DNA of 59,323 nucleotides, filler included, from Sluysia triapertura (taxonomy: Eukaryota), in the NCBI GenBank assembly GCA_046118255.1. It is 5 parts of 5 records of this genome, joined end to end, with 100 filler letters (N's around TTAATTAATTAA, not from the genome) between each part and the next. Parts side by side here need not be neighbours in the genome. Positions count along the whole stretch, not along the records: positions 35,667 to 47,432 come from JBJNIA010172588.1; positions 47,533 to 59,323 come from JBJNIA010170368.1; 3 more parts are not named here. One strand, given 5' to 3'. Every line of letters begins with the position of its first letter. Within the stretch, counting starts at the first letter, position 1. The notes under the pieces are model-generated. The model searched no databases. It was not told where the DNA came from and worked only from the letters and a program-made list of their open reading frames with translations. A program made the translations under genes and the position numbers. Positions 39,330-53,145 of the stretch are shown here, piece by piece.

Positions 39330-39758
39330 TAAACTACTCAAAATCTCAATAATTTTAATAAACTTAAGAAACATTTGGATAATCGTAATAATAATAATTA
39401 TTATAATATAGATTATTATAATATAGGAAACTAGAGTAAACATTAGATTATTTTTACTATTTTAAAATTATTATATAAAATAATTGTTTAATTTATTATT
39501 AAAATATTGTTATTTATCAAATTCCAAAAAAAGTAAAGAAATTGCAGTTAATTTAAAAACCATAAAGTGATCTGTTATTTATATTAATTTTATGTTAAAT
39601 AATATAAAATTAAAAAAAATTGTTAACATTTGATTCTAATTTTATGCTAAAATTCAGAAAATATTTCATTTTTTATCAAAAACCAATAAAAAATTTCCAA
39701 ATTTTTCATTGGTCATTTTGATTCTTTTAATTATTTCAATTTTTAAATATAAAATACT

Positions 39759-40296
39759 GTGTCACAGCATTTTGGTTATATTATCGGTGATGAATATCAA
39801 GCTATCAATCATGCCATAATGACGTCACAATCATTAAATAATATAGTCACTGCTAGTTGTAGAATCAATAATGGTGAGTCATATCCAGTTATATTTAATG
39901 ATTCATCATCTGAGTATATTTCATCTGAATATCGATTTGTTACATGTAGTTATTGTTTTCAATACATCTATACATTTAATAGTTCGGAATTTGGGCTTAG
40001 TGAATTGTACTACAAAAATCGTTCATCGATTATGTCATTATGTAGTCGAGCGTTTGAAAAAGGTTTACTATTGAATGTACTTGATTGTGTTATGCGTGTT
40101 ACAAAGTGTTGTTCGGCAGCTGAAGATTGTTGTTTAAAACAAATCGAATCACGAAATAATACAAAACAATTAAGGACTGATTTCTGTTCAATAACGTGGG
40201 ATGGATTATCTTGTGTATCAGAAACTTTAGCTGGAACTGTAGCTAAAATTAAATGTCCGGATTTTATGCCTACTTTTCCTGATCCTAATGCTATTG
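39759..40296 (+). CDS. Class B (secretin/calcitonin-receptor-like) GPCR ectodomain exon with Cys-rich N-terminal extension; possibly a pseudogene
   Basis: FCSITWDGLSCVSETLAGTVAKIKCPDF is a hormone-receptor domain motif (CxxTWDGxxC..T.AG.....CP), preceded by TCSYCFQY and CCSAAEDCC. Donor G|GTTAGT at 40297. No in-frame ATG upstream of 39759. Confidence 0.82.
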
Positions 40297-40747
40297 GTTA
40301 GTTTAAGAAATTATTAAAATTTCATTGGTTAATTATAATTTAAAAGTATTGAATAATAATAAATTGTAGAATCTACGTAAAAGTTCTTAGTTTGTCACTT
40401 AATACTTATAAATTTTAGTATTGAGCACTTGATAATTATAAACGTAGAATTGTGAAACTATATAATACACCGTATTTAATCTCGTAAATCATAACATTAA
40501 ATACTGACGTAATTAACTATTCTATGCCTATACGATTCTATATTTTTATATTTGGATATATTTAAATACGTGATTTATAATTAGTGATATATATAGAAAC
40601 TTACCACATTAAATCAAGATAATTATAGCTTTTCACTAAAGTTTGTTTTAATGAAGTACATAAAACGCCATTAAATTATTGATATTTTTATCACATTTTC
40701 TTTTTTCTAAGTTTACATGGTACTATTCTTAGACTTCATTAAATGAA

Positions 40748-40790
40748 CTGATCGGGACTCGAACCCGTGCCTCTTATCTCACAGTTGTAA
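40748..40790 (-). repeat. tRNA-like B-box fragment (probable SINE head relic)
   Basis: Minus strand CGGGTTCGAGTCCCG forms a T-arm/B-box. No complete cloverleaf. Confidence 0.4.
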
Positions 40791-40879
40791 AGTCCGTTGA
40801 ATTTAAACATGTACTTTAAAATTATGACAAGTATTTACACGTAATATGTATAGGGGATCAAAATAAATGTAAATAATAA

Positions 40880-41577
40880 TGTTTTGTCCAGGATCACAGT
40901 TTATGTTGCTGTTGATTGAAGTACGTTCAAGATCAGCATAGTTAAATTATATAGAAAAGGAAAAATATATAAGGGTTGTACAAACATTCATGGAAATAGG
41001 TACATTTTTACAGAGCAAAAAGCAAGTCACATTATTATTTTATTGTAGGTTTACAAACACACACAGTTATATTTAACAAAAGATATACGAACATTCATAG
41101 AAAAAAAGAGGAAAATATTGGAATAATTGAACAATTCATTACATAAAGGGAAAAATGGGAAGATTTACAAACATGCATAAAGAAGAAGAGATAATTGTGG
41201 TTGTAGTATTGGAAAATTCAAAGGATTTTATTAATGCATTAAACAAAGAAGCATAATATTATTCACCACAATTAATAGTTAAGTGGGATATTGAAGAAAA
41301 TGGTCTTTATAGATATTCTAGGGATAGCTTGATATACTGACATGCCAAACCAGTTATATCAGCTTTAGGGAAACCTCAATTTTTAAGGACAGAATCAATT
41401 TCTGAATCCCAAGAACCAAGTGCTCCAACTACAAATGTGTCTAGAAGACGAGACATTTGAATTGATCTTGGAGTTTTTATCTCGGATAAGAATGCTAAAT
41501 GTTCGGCCGCCTGAAAGTTTTCATAGTCTATGATTTGATGTCTATGAGAAAGAGTTGGGCCATCTATCAGCCCAGTC
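40880..41577 (-). mobile_element. 5'-truncated NeSL/R2-clade non-LTR retrotransposon (restriction-like endonuclease C-terminus + 3' UTR)
   Basis: QLFLIDIKS* ... ENFQAA ... LDTFVVGALGSWDSEIDSVL matches the RLE signature (IDxK; VGALGSW). It is followed by a T-rich UTR containing a degenerate copy of the CAACGGCAGCCCTAACCGG motif. Confidence 0.85.
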
Positions 41578-42387
41578 TAATAATTTTATTTTATTATAGT
41601 CAATTCTACTATTATTATTCTAAATGACACTTTTTTCGGCTATTATAAATTTTAATATTAATTTTTTATTTATGCTTTGGACGAATCATGGCTTCTTATA
41701 AGATCTCTGTGTTCTTTTCATCGTATTATTAATCTTTTTGCGAATTTAATAATTGTTTGTTTATCTCAGTTGCATTGTGATACTACACATAATTAAAATT
41801 AAGTCGAATCGTAGCGATTTTGTAATTATAATTATACTTATTACGATTATTTTATTACAATTATTTTTAATAAATTAAACTTTTGAAAAAGTAAAAACGA
41901 AGTTAATGTGTGACTGAGGAGATGCAAAAAATGTGAGTCCACCTACAATCCTAGGCTTACGAGTTACGGCTAGTACGTAGGATTTTAACAACAATAATCG
42001 TAAGCTTATTGGAGGTTTAAATTTTAATTGTCAATATATTTGCAAACTTATTTGTGTTATTCGTAATCAGTTTTTTTTTGAAAAGTTATTATTTTCTTTA
42101 TTTATTCAATTTATTTAAATAGAACCATTATTGGTCTATTGAATAGGAGTTTTACTTCGATTAATATTTTACTACGATTCCTTATTTAAATGGAACCAAA
42201 AAATCTTTTAAGTTATGGAATTTAATTTTTATTATTAATTATATTATCTCTTGTTCAAAATTGAAAAAACAATTAATTAAATTGGCATAATATTATTACA
42301 AGTGATACAGGTATAAAATATAAAAAAATCAATAATCTTTGTAGTAAAAATTTTAAAAATAAGATTTTATATTGCTCTTAATGTTAA

Positions 42388-42459
42388 CACATTATGAGCG
42401 GGGCGGGTATTAGTACCCGTTTTATGTACTGTCACTTAAGAATACCCGCTCATAATGTG
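42388..42459. mobile_element. 72-bp TTAA-flanked MITE (piggyBac-type)
   Basis: TTAA|CACATTATGAGCGGG...CCCGCTCATAATGTG|TTAA: a perfect 15-bp TIR with TTAA on both sides. Confidence 0.82.
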
Positions 42460-45400
42460 TTAACAATAACGAGAATATATTTTTAAAATTTTGAGTATAT
42501 TTTACCTGGAAAACTCTTAAATATTTGCACAAAAAGAAACTAACGATTTTTTCTTTTTATGATTAGTAAAGTTTTTTGGAGTGATGCACAATACTTAACA
42601 TTTTCTCAATAGAATAATTGATATTCAAAGCGATATACAAATTGAAATAATCGAAGACTACTGTTGTATAAAATAAATGAATTGTATCAATGTACTGAGA
42701 AACAACTAATATCAATATTTGAGAGACATAATTTCAATAACTGGGAGAAAGTTAATTTCTTTACGATAATAATGTAATGTATATATATAGTTATTTTTTG
42801 ATTTGACCTTGAAATTGATATTTTAAACAAATTTTAACATTTAAAATTATTTTAATTATATATTATTTTTTCCTATAAGTAATTATTTTCAAATATAAAT
42901 TTTGTTTATTAATATCTTAAATATTAAAATCATGTTTGTGTAATTATTATTGACATAATTGGCACTGATAATATGATAGAATATATAGTACGAAGCTAGA
43001 AAAGCAGTTTAAAAAAGATTATAATAATAAGTAATATAAGCGATTTGATTATAACATCTTAAATGAATTAATCTTTTCGAAATCGGTGTAACTCTTTGTA
43101 TAACTCTTTATTTCATGTGTCTTCAAAGAAGTCTTGATGTTCTTTATCCATTATTTCATTGGTTCTTGGAATATTTTCGATGTGATTTTGTCGACATATT
43201 TGATCATAAATATCATACAAACATATCTGCATTAAGATTATTGAAGTTTTCTTTAGTTTTATGACGATGTTATGTTTTATTATTTTACAAATTATTTATT
43301 ATATAAAATATTTAAATTTAAATTAGTATAAATGTATTTTTTTATCACGAATACCATGCCTCGAGCAATTTAATGACTTAGTGATCCATATTTACCAGTG
43401 ACATTTATGTTTCATTCCACTTTTTTCAGATATTTTTACTATGGTACTCCGTTATAAGTAGTATATTATGTAATTCAGTAATATATTCGCTTATTTTATA
43501 TTTCCCAACATAGACTTACATCTGCTGCATTTTCTTCCATCACACTGTTTCAATATTAGTTTTCTTCTCATTTTTCACTATAATCAATTTTCATCGTTTT
43601 CTGATTGGGTGATTATTTCATTGTTTGAATTTTAATTCGATATCGTCTCTATATTGATTATTTTTGTGGTAGTTCAATCCTATTATCTAAAATTTCCCTT
43701 TACACAAATCATCAAAACATTAAAAAATACACAATCGCATAAATACTTAGTCATCAACATAAAACCTCAAAAATTTAAAATCAAACTTAGTCATAATAAT
43801 ATAACAACTCTTTTTCCTCACTTACAACTCAATTCTTCCTAACTTTCTTCCATATATTCTTTCTTTCCTTCCCAACCAAAAGAAAAATTAAACAAATTAC
43901 CTAAACGTGCAATTTTGCTAATAAATTAATATAAAAATAATGCAAATAGCTGCCAGCACAAAACACAAAAAAGAAAAATTACACAATATACAATAAATAT
44001 TTCAAATGGCTTATAGATGTGACAATCATCCAAATGGAGTATGTAATAGTGTTAATCAATGTCAGCTAAATGACTCGAGCACTGCTTATGTCAAAGGTAA
44101 ATTAATCAATCTTTATGTCAAGGACAAATCGAGTAATGATTATTCCAGGAGAAATTAAATGAACCAATCAATGTCTATGTCAAAAGTACATTGTGTAATG
44201 TCGTTGATCAATACGATACAAAAAAATCATGTAATGTCTTAGCACTAGATAGTATAAATTTTGCTGTTGATCAATACCACCCAAATATTTTGAGCCATGC
44301 TGCCACTCGAAATAATTCAATTAAATCAAGTTACCAGTCAGTCGAAACGGTTTAATGGCATCGTATCAATGGTCGGTCACTAGGAATCAATAGTTGTTTC
44401 AAGGAGTCCACCAAGTTCGATAAAAGTTTACCAGAGTCTGCTACTGAGAAAGTAAATCACCAAATTCATTTACTCTTATTGTACATGTGGAACTTCTGTG
44501 TCATATTTTGTTTTGTTTAATGAAACCATCCTTCCTAATTCATCGTTTAACAAAAATATTAAATATATTCTTTCTAATTAAACTTGGTCAACACTATCAT
44601 GGTATCAGTCTGTTGATAAATAAAATATTTGGGGTATTTACTAATAATATGAGTCATAAATTGATCATTACTCGAATCACGAAATAATTAAAATATACCA
44701 CAAAATTTTCTCAACGTTTTTCTGCAATATTTTATAATAATTCTTTTAAATTTTCTAAAGTTATTATTCCAACTAAAGGTGGTCAAGCAAAATCAGTTCA
44801 TAACAACATTGTCAGTCTAAGTCACATAATCCTTAAACATTTCACAGCCTTTCTCAGATTCTATATCTTTACAATCAAACAACTCACAACTTCATCCAAT
44901 CAAACATTTTAAAACTTTAATTACTTAATAGTAACATTAAAATTAGACATATTCTCAATTCATTTAACAAACTCATCCTACAGATCATCAAAACTCAAAT
45001 AAATTATATTTACACAACATAAAATATTACTACAACGTAATTTAGTAAATTTACTTCATATCATATGTTTAGAAATCACTAAACAATCCTTTATAAACCG
45101 TGCATCATGCACCTTAATACTCACACAATTTATACTATTATCCATTTAAACATTCGTAGAACATACAGTCAGATATGATACGCAAATACCAAATAATATG
45201 AGTTTATGGATCTGAATTATTTCATAGTCTTCATACATTCCATACTTCAGAATTAATTAATTTATTATGTTATATTTATATAAGATCCGAAATTCGAGAA
45301 GATTAATAATAAAATAATTATAACCCTAAAACATCAAGAATATGTAAATTTTATGTCGAAGAAATTTAAAAAGATAGTTGAATAATTAAATATATAACAC

Positions 45401-45724
45401 AATATTATTCATTGTGCTACATTTCTGAAGCATTGATTTAAAAATATATTAATATGTAAATATTTGATGAGCTGTATTTTTCTCAAGTCAACATACAATT
45501 CTAAAACACAATACGTAATTTACACATAATGTTAGTTGTACAAATAACTATGGTTTCATTATTACAGTTCATTTTAGACGTTCCGTGACAATAAAAATCA
45601 GAAAATTTTGACAATGGACTGACTCTTTTCTTCTTAGTGGATTCCTGTAAAAAAACTCCACTGAGTATTGCCATTATTATAGTCATTAATTATTATAATT
45701 ATAATTATTATTATTATGATTATT

Positions 45725-45859
45725 NNNNNNNNNNNNNNNNNNNNNNNNNNNNNNNNNNNNNNNNNNNNNNNNNNNNNNNNNNNNNNNNNNNNNNNNNNNN
45801 NNNNNNNNNNNNNNNNNNNNNNNNNNNNNNNNNNNNNNNNNNNNNNNNNNNNNNNNNNN
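45725..45859. other. Scaffold gap inside an (ATT/ATC)n microsatellite
   Basis: 135 N with no linker, flanked by TAT/CAT repeats. Confidence 0.95.
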
Positions 45860-46471
45860 ATTATTATTCATTATTATTATCATCATTATGATTATTATTA
45901 TCATTATTATTATCATTATTATTGTGAATAATTATTATTAATGTCTAATAAAATGTGAAACATATTTGAAATTTTGTATTAAATAAAACCATATTTTAAT
46001 TAAATATTTTCCCTAAAGATATAAAATTAAAATTTTCTCATTTTCTAATTAGATCTTTAATTGTCTTATGTAACAATTTCTTTCTTGACTTGGCACATAA
46101 ATTGTTTAAAATTTTTCGGTATATTCTTTTAAATTAAAGGTTTTTTTTGGTTTTGTTGGAAGTACAATTAGTACAATTTGTGGCACTATTGGGCATATTT
46201 CATTGACACACTTATAAAGGGTTCGTTATAAATTTCTTTGAAATTATTTCGTTCTAAAAAAAACAATACTAAATACCAATTAATAGATATCTTAATAGTT
46301 ATGAAAGATGTAAGCAAAACTATTACTAGTCGATTTTGCAAGACCAAGAAAATATAAAAAATAAAAATTTTATTAAATTATCGATTTTTCACATATTATT
46401 TTTCTTTTGTAATATCATTTTTCAGTATCTTTAGAGATTTTTGTTTAAATTTACATTAATGACCTTGACAG

Positions 46472-46503
<32 letters not shown>

Positions 46504-47432
46504 TCAGTGCACTTTAATCGCAATGGTATTTTAATTGGTTTTTATTTATAAATTGAATTATATACACTGAAATATTTTTAGATGTAATTCATGTACAAAT
46601 GTTACCAATAATAATATAATTAATAGAATCAATTAACAAATTATGTTTTATTTCTTTAATTATTTTATTTTTTTTAATTATTTAAAATAAATTTGCTACT
46701 TTTAATTATCAACAGCTATTTATAATATTAATTTGAGTGTACAAACAGTAATTTTTAATTTATATTTCTAGTGATTAAGGATGGTTTTATGAATAAAAGA
46801 AATCGTACAATAATTACGTTATTATACTGTTATATGGTATCATAATTTTTTTAAAAATATAATCATATAAAAAACATATCGATTTATTATTATTTACGTC
46901 ATTTCTTTAGTCATATGGTCACCAAATTGGATAAATATAAATAATAATAATAATAATAATAGATGATAAAAATATTCTTTTCCAGTGATTCTTGTGTGTA
47001 ATTAGTCAGATCAATAATATTAATAAACAAATCAGCAGGAAGTTAAACTTGTTAAATACACACAACAAAAACATTTACAATCATTCTTTATTCACAATCA
47101 TTAAGCATTCTTTTTAAATGTTCCTAAAATGTTTTCTATTGTACTTTAAACAGAAGAATTTGGTGGCCCAACTTATTCAAAATCCACACAACATCTAAAT
47201 CATTATAGTATATTAAATTTCAATAACTTCAAATCTAAAATTCAATCAAAAAAATGAAATTTCTATAAATACAATTCGATTTTTTACCATAACATTTTCC
47301 ATTTCAATAGTTGGACTAAAGTTAATGATCAAAATGGACGAGTGTTACATATATATGTTGGGGTAAAAGGCCTAAAAAGTGCCAAGTAGTATAATTGAAC
47401 ATATTGAAAATGAAATTGTTAGACGGGGCTGA

Positions 47433-47532
47433 NNNNNNNNNNNNNNNNNNNNNNNNNNNNNNNNNNNNNNNNNNNNTTAATTAATTAANNNNNNNNNNNN
47501 NNNNNNNNNNNNNNNNNNNNNNNNNNNNNNNN
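47433..47532. other. Artificial contig-joining spacer
   Basis: 44 N + TTAATTAATTAA + 44 N. Confidence 0.98.
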
Positions 47533-50302
47533 TTATTGAAGAAGAAGAAATAAGAACAAATAAGAACAAAAGTGAAAAAGTTGGTTAAATAGGGAAACTA
47601 ATAAATAGAAATAAATTGATTATGAAGAAGTTATAATAGTAACCAGATAAATAACTTTTGGGCCCAGTTATAGCACTCAAAAAACAATCTATAAAAAAGT
47701 ACGTGTCATAAGAAACAGACAAAAAAGAAAGAGCTGTAATTATATTAATATTCGGTTGGAATCAAGTGAATTAACTCGGTAAATTAGCGGAATGACAATT
47801 TAATGAGGCGTCAAGTGTGATATCGGTAAAATTGAAATAAAGCCATTTTAAAATTAAGTTAAAATTAAATAATTACAATTTACATATTTTCAATTGTTAA
47901 TCGTTTATCTTTGTTATATTAATAAATATTCATTAATTTGATTTTTGTAATTTTGAGACCAGTAGAACTGTGATTTCTAAATATAATAATTAAATTTAGA
48001 CTAAGTTAATACATCAGGTTAAGTGGTTTCATCATACGAATAATAATCGTGTGTACAATGCTAGTGTTATTACTCGTCAAATATATAAAAAAATTTTTAA
48101 ATAATTATCCTTTATTAATTATTAAATAAAAAATATGATTGGTTGAAAAATTTAGTCCAATTAAATAGTAATGACCTTGGTGCACGCCAAGTATATTTAA
48201 AAAATGTTAAAATTTCAATAATTTGTAAGTTCTCCACTAACATTGATGTATTTTCTATTACCACTTGCTCTTAATTGTTTTAATAATTGAAATATCCAGT
48301 TAAATGGACACACATACACACACTTGGATAGAGAAACTGAGTATAATCAAGGTTAAACACAACTACACTCTATACATTAATTAATTTTGGCAACCTCACA
48401 CATACACAACAATAATTTCAACATCGATTACTGCGAAATTAAAACAGCATGTGAATTCGAAATAAATTGGAGCTACATGGGATATTTATAATGAATTTTT
48501 TCATCATTAAACTATGAAAAAGAAGTTAAAAAGAGCTGTTTCATGTTCAATTTCATTGTTCACCTTTCATCTTGATAAAACATCTCGTACGCCAGCTTAT
48601 TTTGTCCAATAATCAATAATTTATTGTAGTGTGCATCAACGATACAATTTTTTCTATCTCACAAAGTACAATGGGCACACAATGAAAAATGTATCCAATA
48701 ATTTAGATGCACATTTTTATTGCCAGTTATGCATGTTTCATAATTATGCACACATTATTGATTATTATTTTATGATATTTTCAATGTTCATTTAATAGAT
48801 GTTTGAATTATTAGAGTTATATTAGATAATTATTATTAGTAAATATAAATGTCAACCAAGCAGGATTACTTCATTAAATGGAATGTGTCAATAAATAAAT
48901 TGAATTTGTAAACGGTTAAAAAGCCTTGTTTATCTTAATCCCGAAATTATTTATTAATTTCAATACTGATTCGATAAATATTTGAAACGACCGAAACAAA
49001 TTAAATAAATAGTTCAATGGACAAAGAGACTGAGATATTTTTATATGCATACAATGGCTCTTAACAGAGATATATAAGTGATAGATGAAGCTGGTATTGG
49101 TAGTTGCAAAATGATAATAATAATACTATATTAATATTACATAAGACTACGTATTAGTATTTTGTCAGAACTGATTTTAATTAGTAATAAATTTGTTTGT
49201 TTGAATTTATTATAACAACTTGGTTAAGTTGCAAGATTGAGATTTATAATTAATTTAAACAATCACGATAAATTAGTAATATTAATCCTTTTTCATTTAC
49301 TCACTCGAGTAATATTATATAAATTTGGAACTACTTCCGCCTTGAATTATATCTATTATAACTGTACAAACTACTACAAATAACTTTTTGTTTATTGATT
49401 TATACAACTAACTTTATATTTATTGATTTATGAGTAATTTTAATTGTGTATTTTCAATGATAATTATCTGATTTATTAATTGTTTGGATTTTTAATGTTT
49501 TACAAAAATAATTTAGATTTAATAATTTTATGAAAGTAATTTTTAATTTTATTATATAAATTTATTAATTAGATTTTTTAATTTAATTTTAAAAATATAA
49601 ATTTGCTTTAATAACTTAATTTTAATAATCTGGCCAAGGTTAAAAAAATATATAAACAATAGACAAATCACAAAATCTCGCATAACAATTCGACAGTTTT
49701 GAAAATACAATTGAGACAAAATTTTAATTCTTACGATATCAGTTTTTGGACAATCGCAAATATCTAACCTTGGCCGGCTTATTATAATTTGTTTCAAAAT
49801 AATAGTTAGTTTATTTTATGTTAAGATTTGATATCTAAAAGATATCAAACGTAAAATCTACGAAATCTTTTTAATCAATTTTGGATCTTATAATAGATCC
49901 AACGAAAAATATTTCAACAAAACCTTTTATATTATTCATTAACCCAAAGAGTTAATTAGTGTAAATTATTATTTTGATTATTTGCCATTTGTACACTTCT
50001 ACGTAAACGTTTCTAAATAAATGAATTTTTGTTTCCAATTTAATTTACATAGTTTTAATTGTAACTACGTAAAAGTTTTCCCAAAGTTAGAATTTAAATC
50101 TAACAACGTAAAATAAATTTATAGATTCCATTTCAAGGAATCAACGTAAAATCATTCAAATAAGATTATTATTATTATTATTAATTTTTTGATAAAATTT
50201 TACAAAAATCCTTAAGTATCAAACTTACCTCCAGACGTCATTAATTTAATATTTAACGAAGCCCTTTGAGCATTTCTTTTACACATCTTATATTCACAAA
50301 TC

Positions 50303-50348
50303 CAACGGCAGCCCTAACCGGTAAGCCCAGTACATTGGTGAACTCACT
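50303..50348 (+). repeat. Conserved GC-rich motif, probable NeSL/R2-clade 3' UTR remnant
   Basis: CAACGGCAGCCCTAACCGGTAAGCCCAGTACATTGGTGAACTCAC is nearly identical to 11972-12018. Confidence 0.6.
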
Positions 50349-51051
50349 TTAAGTTAAGTTTTTATTCTCTTGAACACACTTTTCTCCACATAACTAAGAA
50401 TAGTTTAAGCCAGATCCCTCAATGTAGTTAATTCCTGTTATAGACAATCAGCATATAGAATAAAAGGATAAAAAGGATAGATAATAACCCCATTGAACAT
50501 ACTTGATGAAACAAACATTTTGACATCAAATGTTATTATTATTATCATTATTACGTTTTGGTTTTCAATTTTAATATTAATTTAATTTTGGATTGCTTTA
50601 AAAAAATTCTCATTGGTCCATCTTCAAATTGAAAACATACCTATCTAAGGAATTATAAAGCTGTCAATTCAATGCAAAAATATTATATTCGATTTTGTGG
50701 TTGTTTAAAAGTAGTATCTTAAAATAAGAAAGAAAAGTGTTAGACGAAATGAAATAATGCTTGAAATTTAGCATTTTAACAACTAAGAAATGAATTAGAA
50801 AGTAAAAAATATGAAAAATAGTTTAAAATATAAATTATTAATTATTATTAATTAATTCGAGAGATCAAAAATTAATAATACCAAATCTAAATTTAATTTA
50901 ACAAAATTCTCAAAAAGGCGGAAATTTATGAAAGACATGGATAAATTTTTAAAATAAACATATGGTGATTCAAAACTTTCATTAATCTTCATAAACTTAC
51001 AAAACCATAAACAATAAACAAAACCTACATAAAACTGTTCATCTTCTAAAC

Positions 51052-51558
51052 CACTGATCCCAAAGTGCTCTCTATTGACCCCCAGGGGTCGATGAAAACT
51101 ACAAGTGGTCTACATGGGCGAAAAAATTGGGGGTCTATGAAATGAAAATGGGGTTCTATGGCAAGAAATTTCAAAAATTGCAAAAACAGTATAATTGATA
51201 TAATTTTGACATTAAAAAAATTATAAAAATATAACATTATTTATATAATTAATATTATCGGTCTAAAACTGCTTTCACTTGATCTCGGAGCATTTAATTT
51301 GCGTCTCACTCACTCCACAAAGCTGTTAGTCTTCTAAAAGATAACAACAATCAGCGTGAAAATAGCCACGTATCACATCGACTCAAATTTTAAATTTAAT
51401 TAATGAATGTGTAAAAAAGGGGTAGTTTTTTACTTTTCACACTATAGGTACTTCACTACTGTTAGAAATTTAAATCTTTCAAAGTGAATAGCAGTGTCTA
51501 TCTAAAATTGAAAAACATGACAAGGGGTCTACGAGAGAAACAAGTTTGGGAACCTCTG
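51052..51558. mobile_element. Non-autonomous hAT (Charlie-like) element with 8-bp target-site duplication
   Basis: TTCTAAAC at 51044-51051 and 51559-51566. Imperfect TIRs CACTGATCCCAAAG and GTTTGGGAACCTCTG, with subterminal GGGGTC(G/T)A repeats. Confidence 0.88.
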
Positions 51559-53145
51559 TTCTAAACCACTCTTATTATTATTACTATTAATATGTTTATT
51601 AATATTATTGACAATATTATTAATCCTTTTGTTATTTTTATTTTTTTACCTTTACTTACAATAAAAATATAAAATTAATTAATTAAAATAAAATAGAATT
51701 TCAAATTCAATTATTAGTAGCAGATTAGCTACTGATTAAAATAATCATCATTTTATTTATTATTATTACTATATTATTAATACTATTACTAATAATTTTT
51801 CATTATTATTATTATTATTATACTATCATCTTCGTCATCATTATCAAAATGACACAAATAATCGTTATCATAATAAATAAAATTATAGTTATATGTCACC
51901 AATATAAATTTGTCATAACCATCATTAAACACCATAACCATAATCATCACCTTCCACTCATTTAGCACATCATTGTTGATCTATGATATCAACCAATGAT
52001 TTTTACAATATTTGAAATTAGCATACCAGTGTAGTGAATTATTATTATTTTTATTTTTATGAATTCAAATTTAAAATCAAACTTTCAATAGTGGAGCTCG
52101 ACAACTGTTATGGTACAAGCTTGCAGCTGCGTTTTTTGCTATGTGCTGATCGATGTATCCAGAAATGCCGATTGGAATTTTAAAGATGTCAATATTAGTT
52201 TTAGTTATGATTATGTGTAACATCAAGTCGAGAGAGCACAGCCCAATTCTTATGCATACCTTTGCAATGTTCGGATGTAATATGAAATGTTTAAAGGAAG
52301 TCTATGAAGATTATTTAGATTACTCACTGAATGATCATCGGGAAAATAAATTTTATCATGAAACTGCTGAATCATATAGTAATGATTCTTTATGCTGTGT
52401 TACCAATGATCACGGGCGTAGTAAGTCGTGTTGGATAGATAATTTAAACTGTGTTAGTTTAAGCCAATAGAGTCGTGTAAATAAAGATGCGAATTTAGTT
52501 AACAATTTAAATTACAACTGTAGAAAGAATCGCGATTATGAAAATACTAGTCGTTATTTTGGTCAGGTTTTCATTCTATGAAACACGGATTTACGTTGAT
52601 ATTTCGTGATTTTACAATCAATCTGAAAGAACTCTGTACAGTTACAGATTTTATATGTTGTGCATCTAGGCCAAATGTTTTTGAATGTTATATTTTTGAA
52701 TTAAATGTTCTTAATGAAATTTTGTTTTTTGTAATCTGCGATATACAATTCTTTGTTTACTCATTAGTTAAATATTCAAAAGGTAAAATAGTAATTAACT
52801 TTGTAAACTTACTAAATCATAAATTAAACGATATTAAACATCGTTGAAATCTAATTTTAAAAACGTTTATTTTGTCAATTTGTTGAATTCCTAATGACAT
52901 TGTTTAAAGATAATTTAATTAATTTCTTATCACGTGTCATCTAATTTGAGTATTCGAATCTTGAACATGACTACTTTATAGTATAACAATATTCAAAGAT
53001 ATTGTGCAAAAGATATCTGAAATTCATTTCATATTAAAATAAACTTTAAGTAATAGTTTGAATGATTTATTAACCAATGACAGAAAAGGATTTCTAATTT
53101 GTCTGCAATTAGTTTGCATGTTACAGACTGAAACAAACATCTTAC

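Noticed and set aside
45637-45931. ORFs spanning the N gap
   Set aside because: Artefacts of the microsatellite and the gap.
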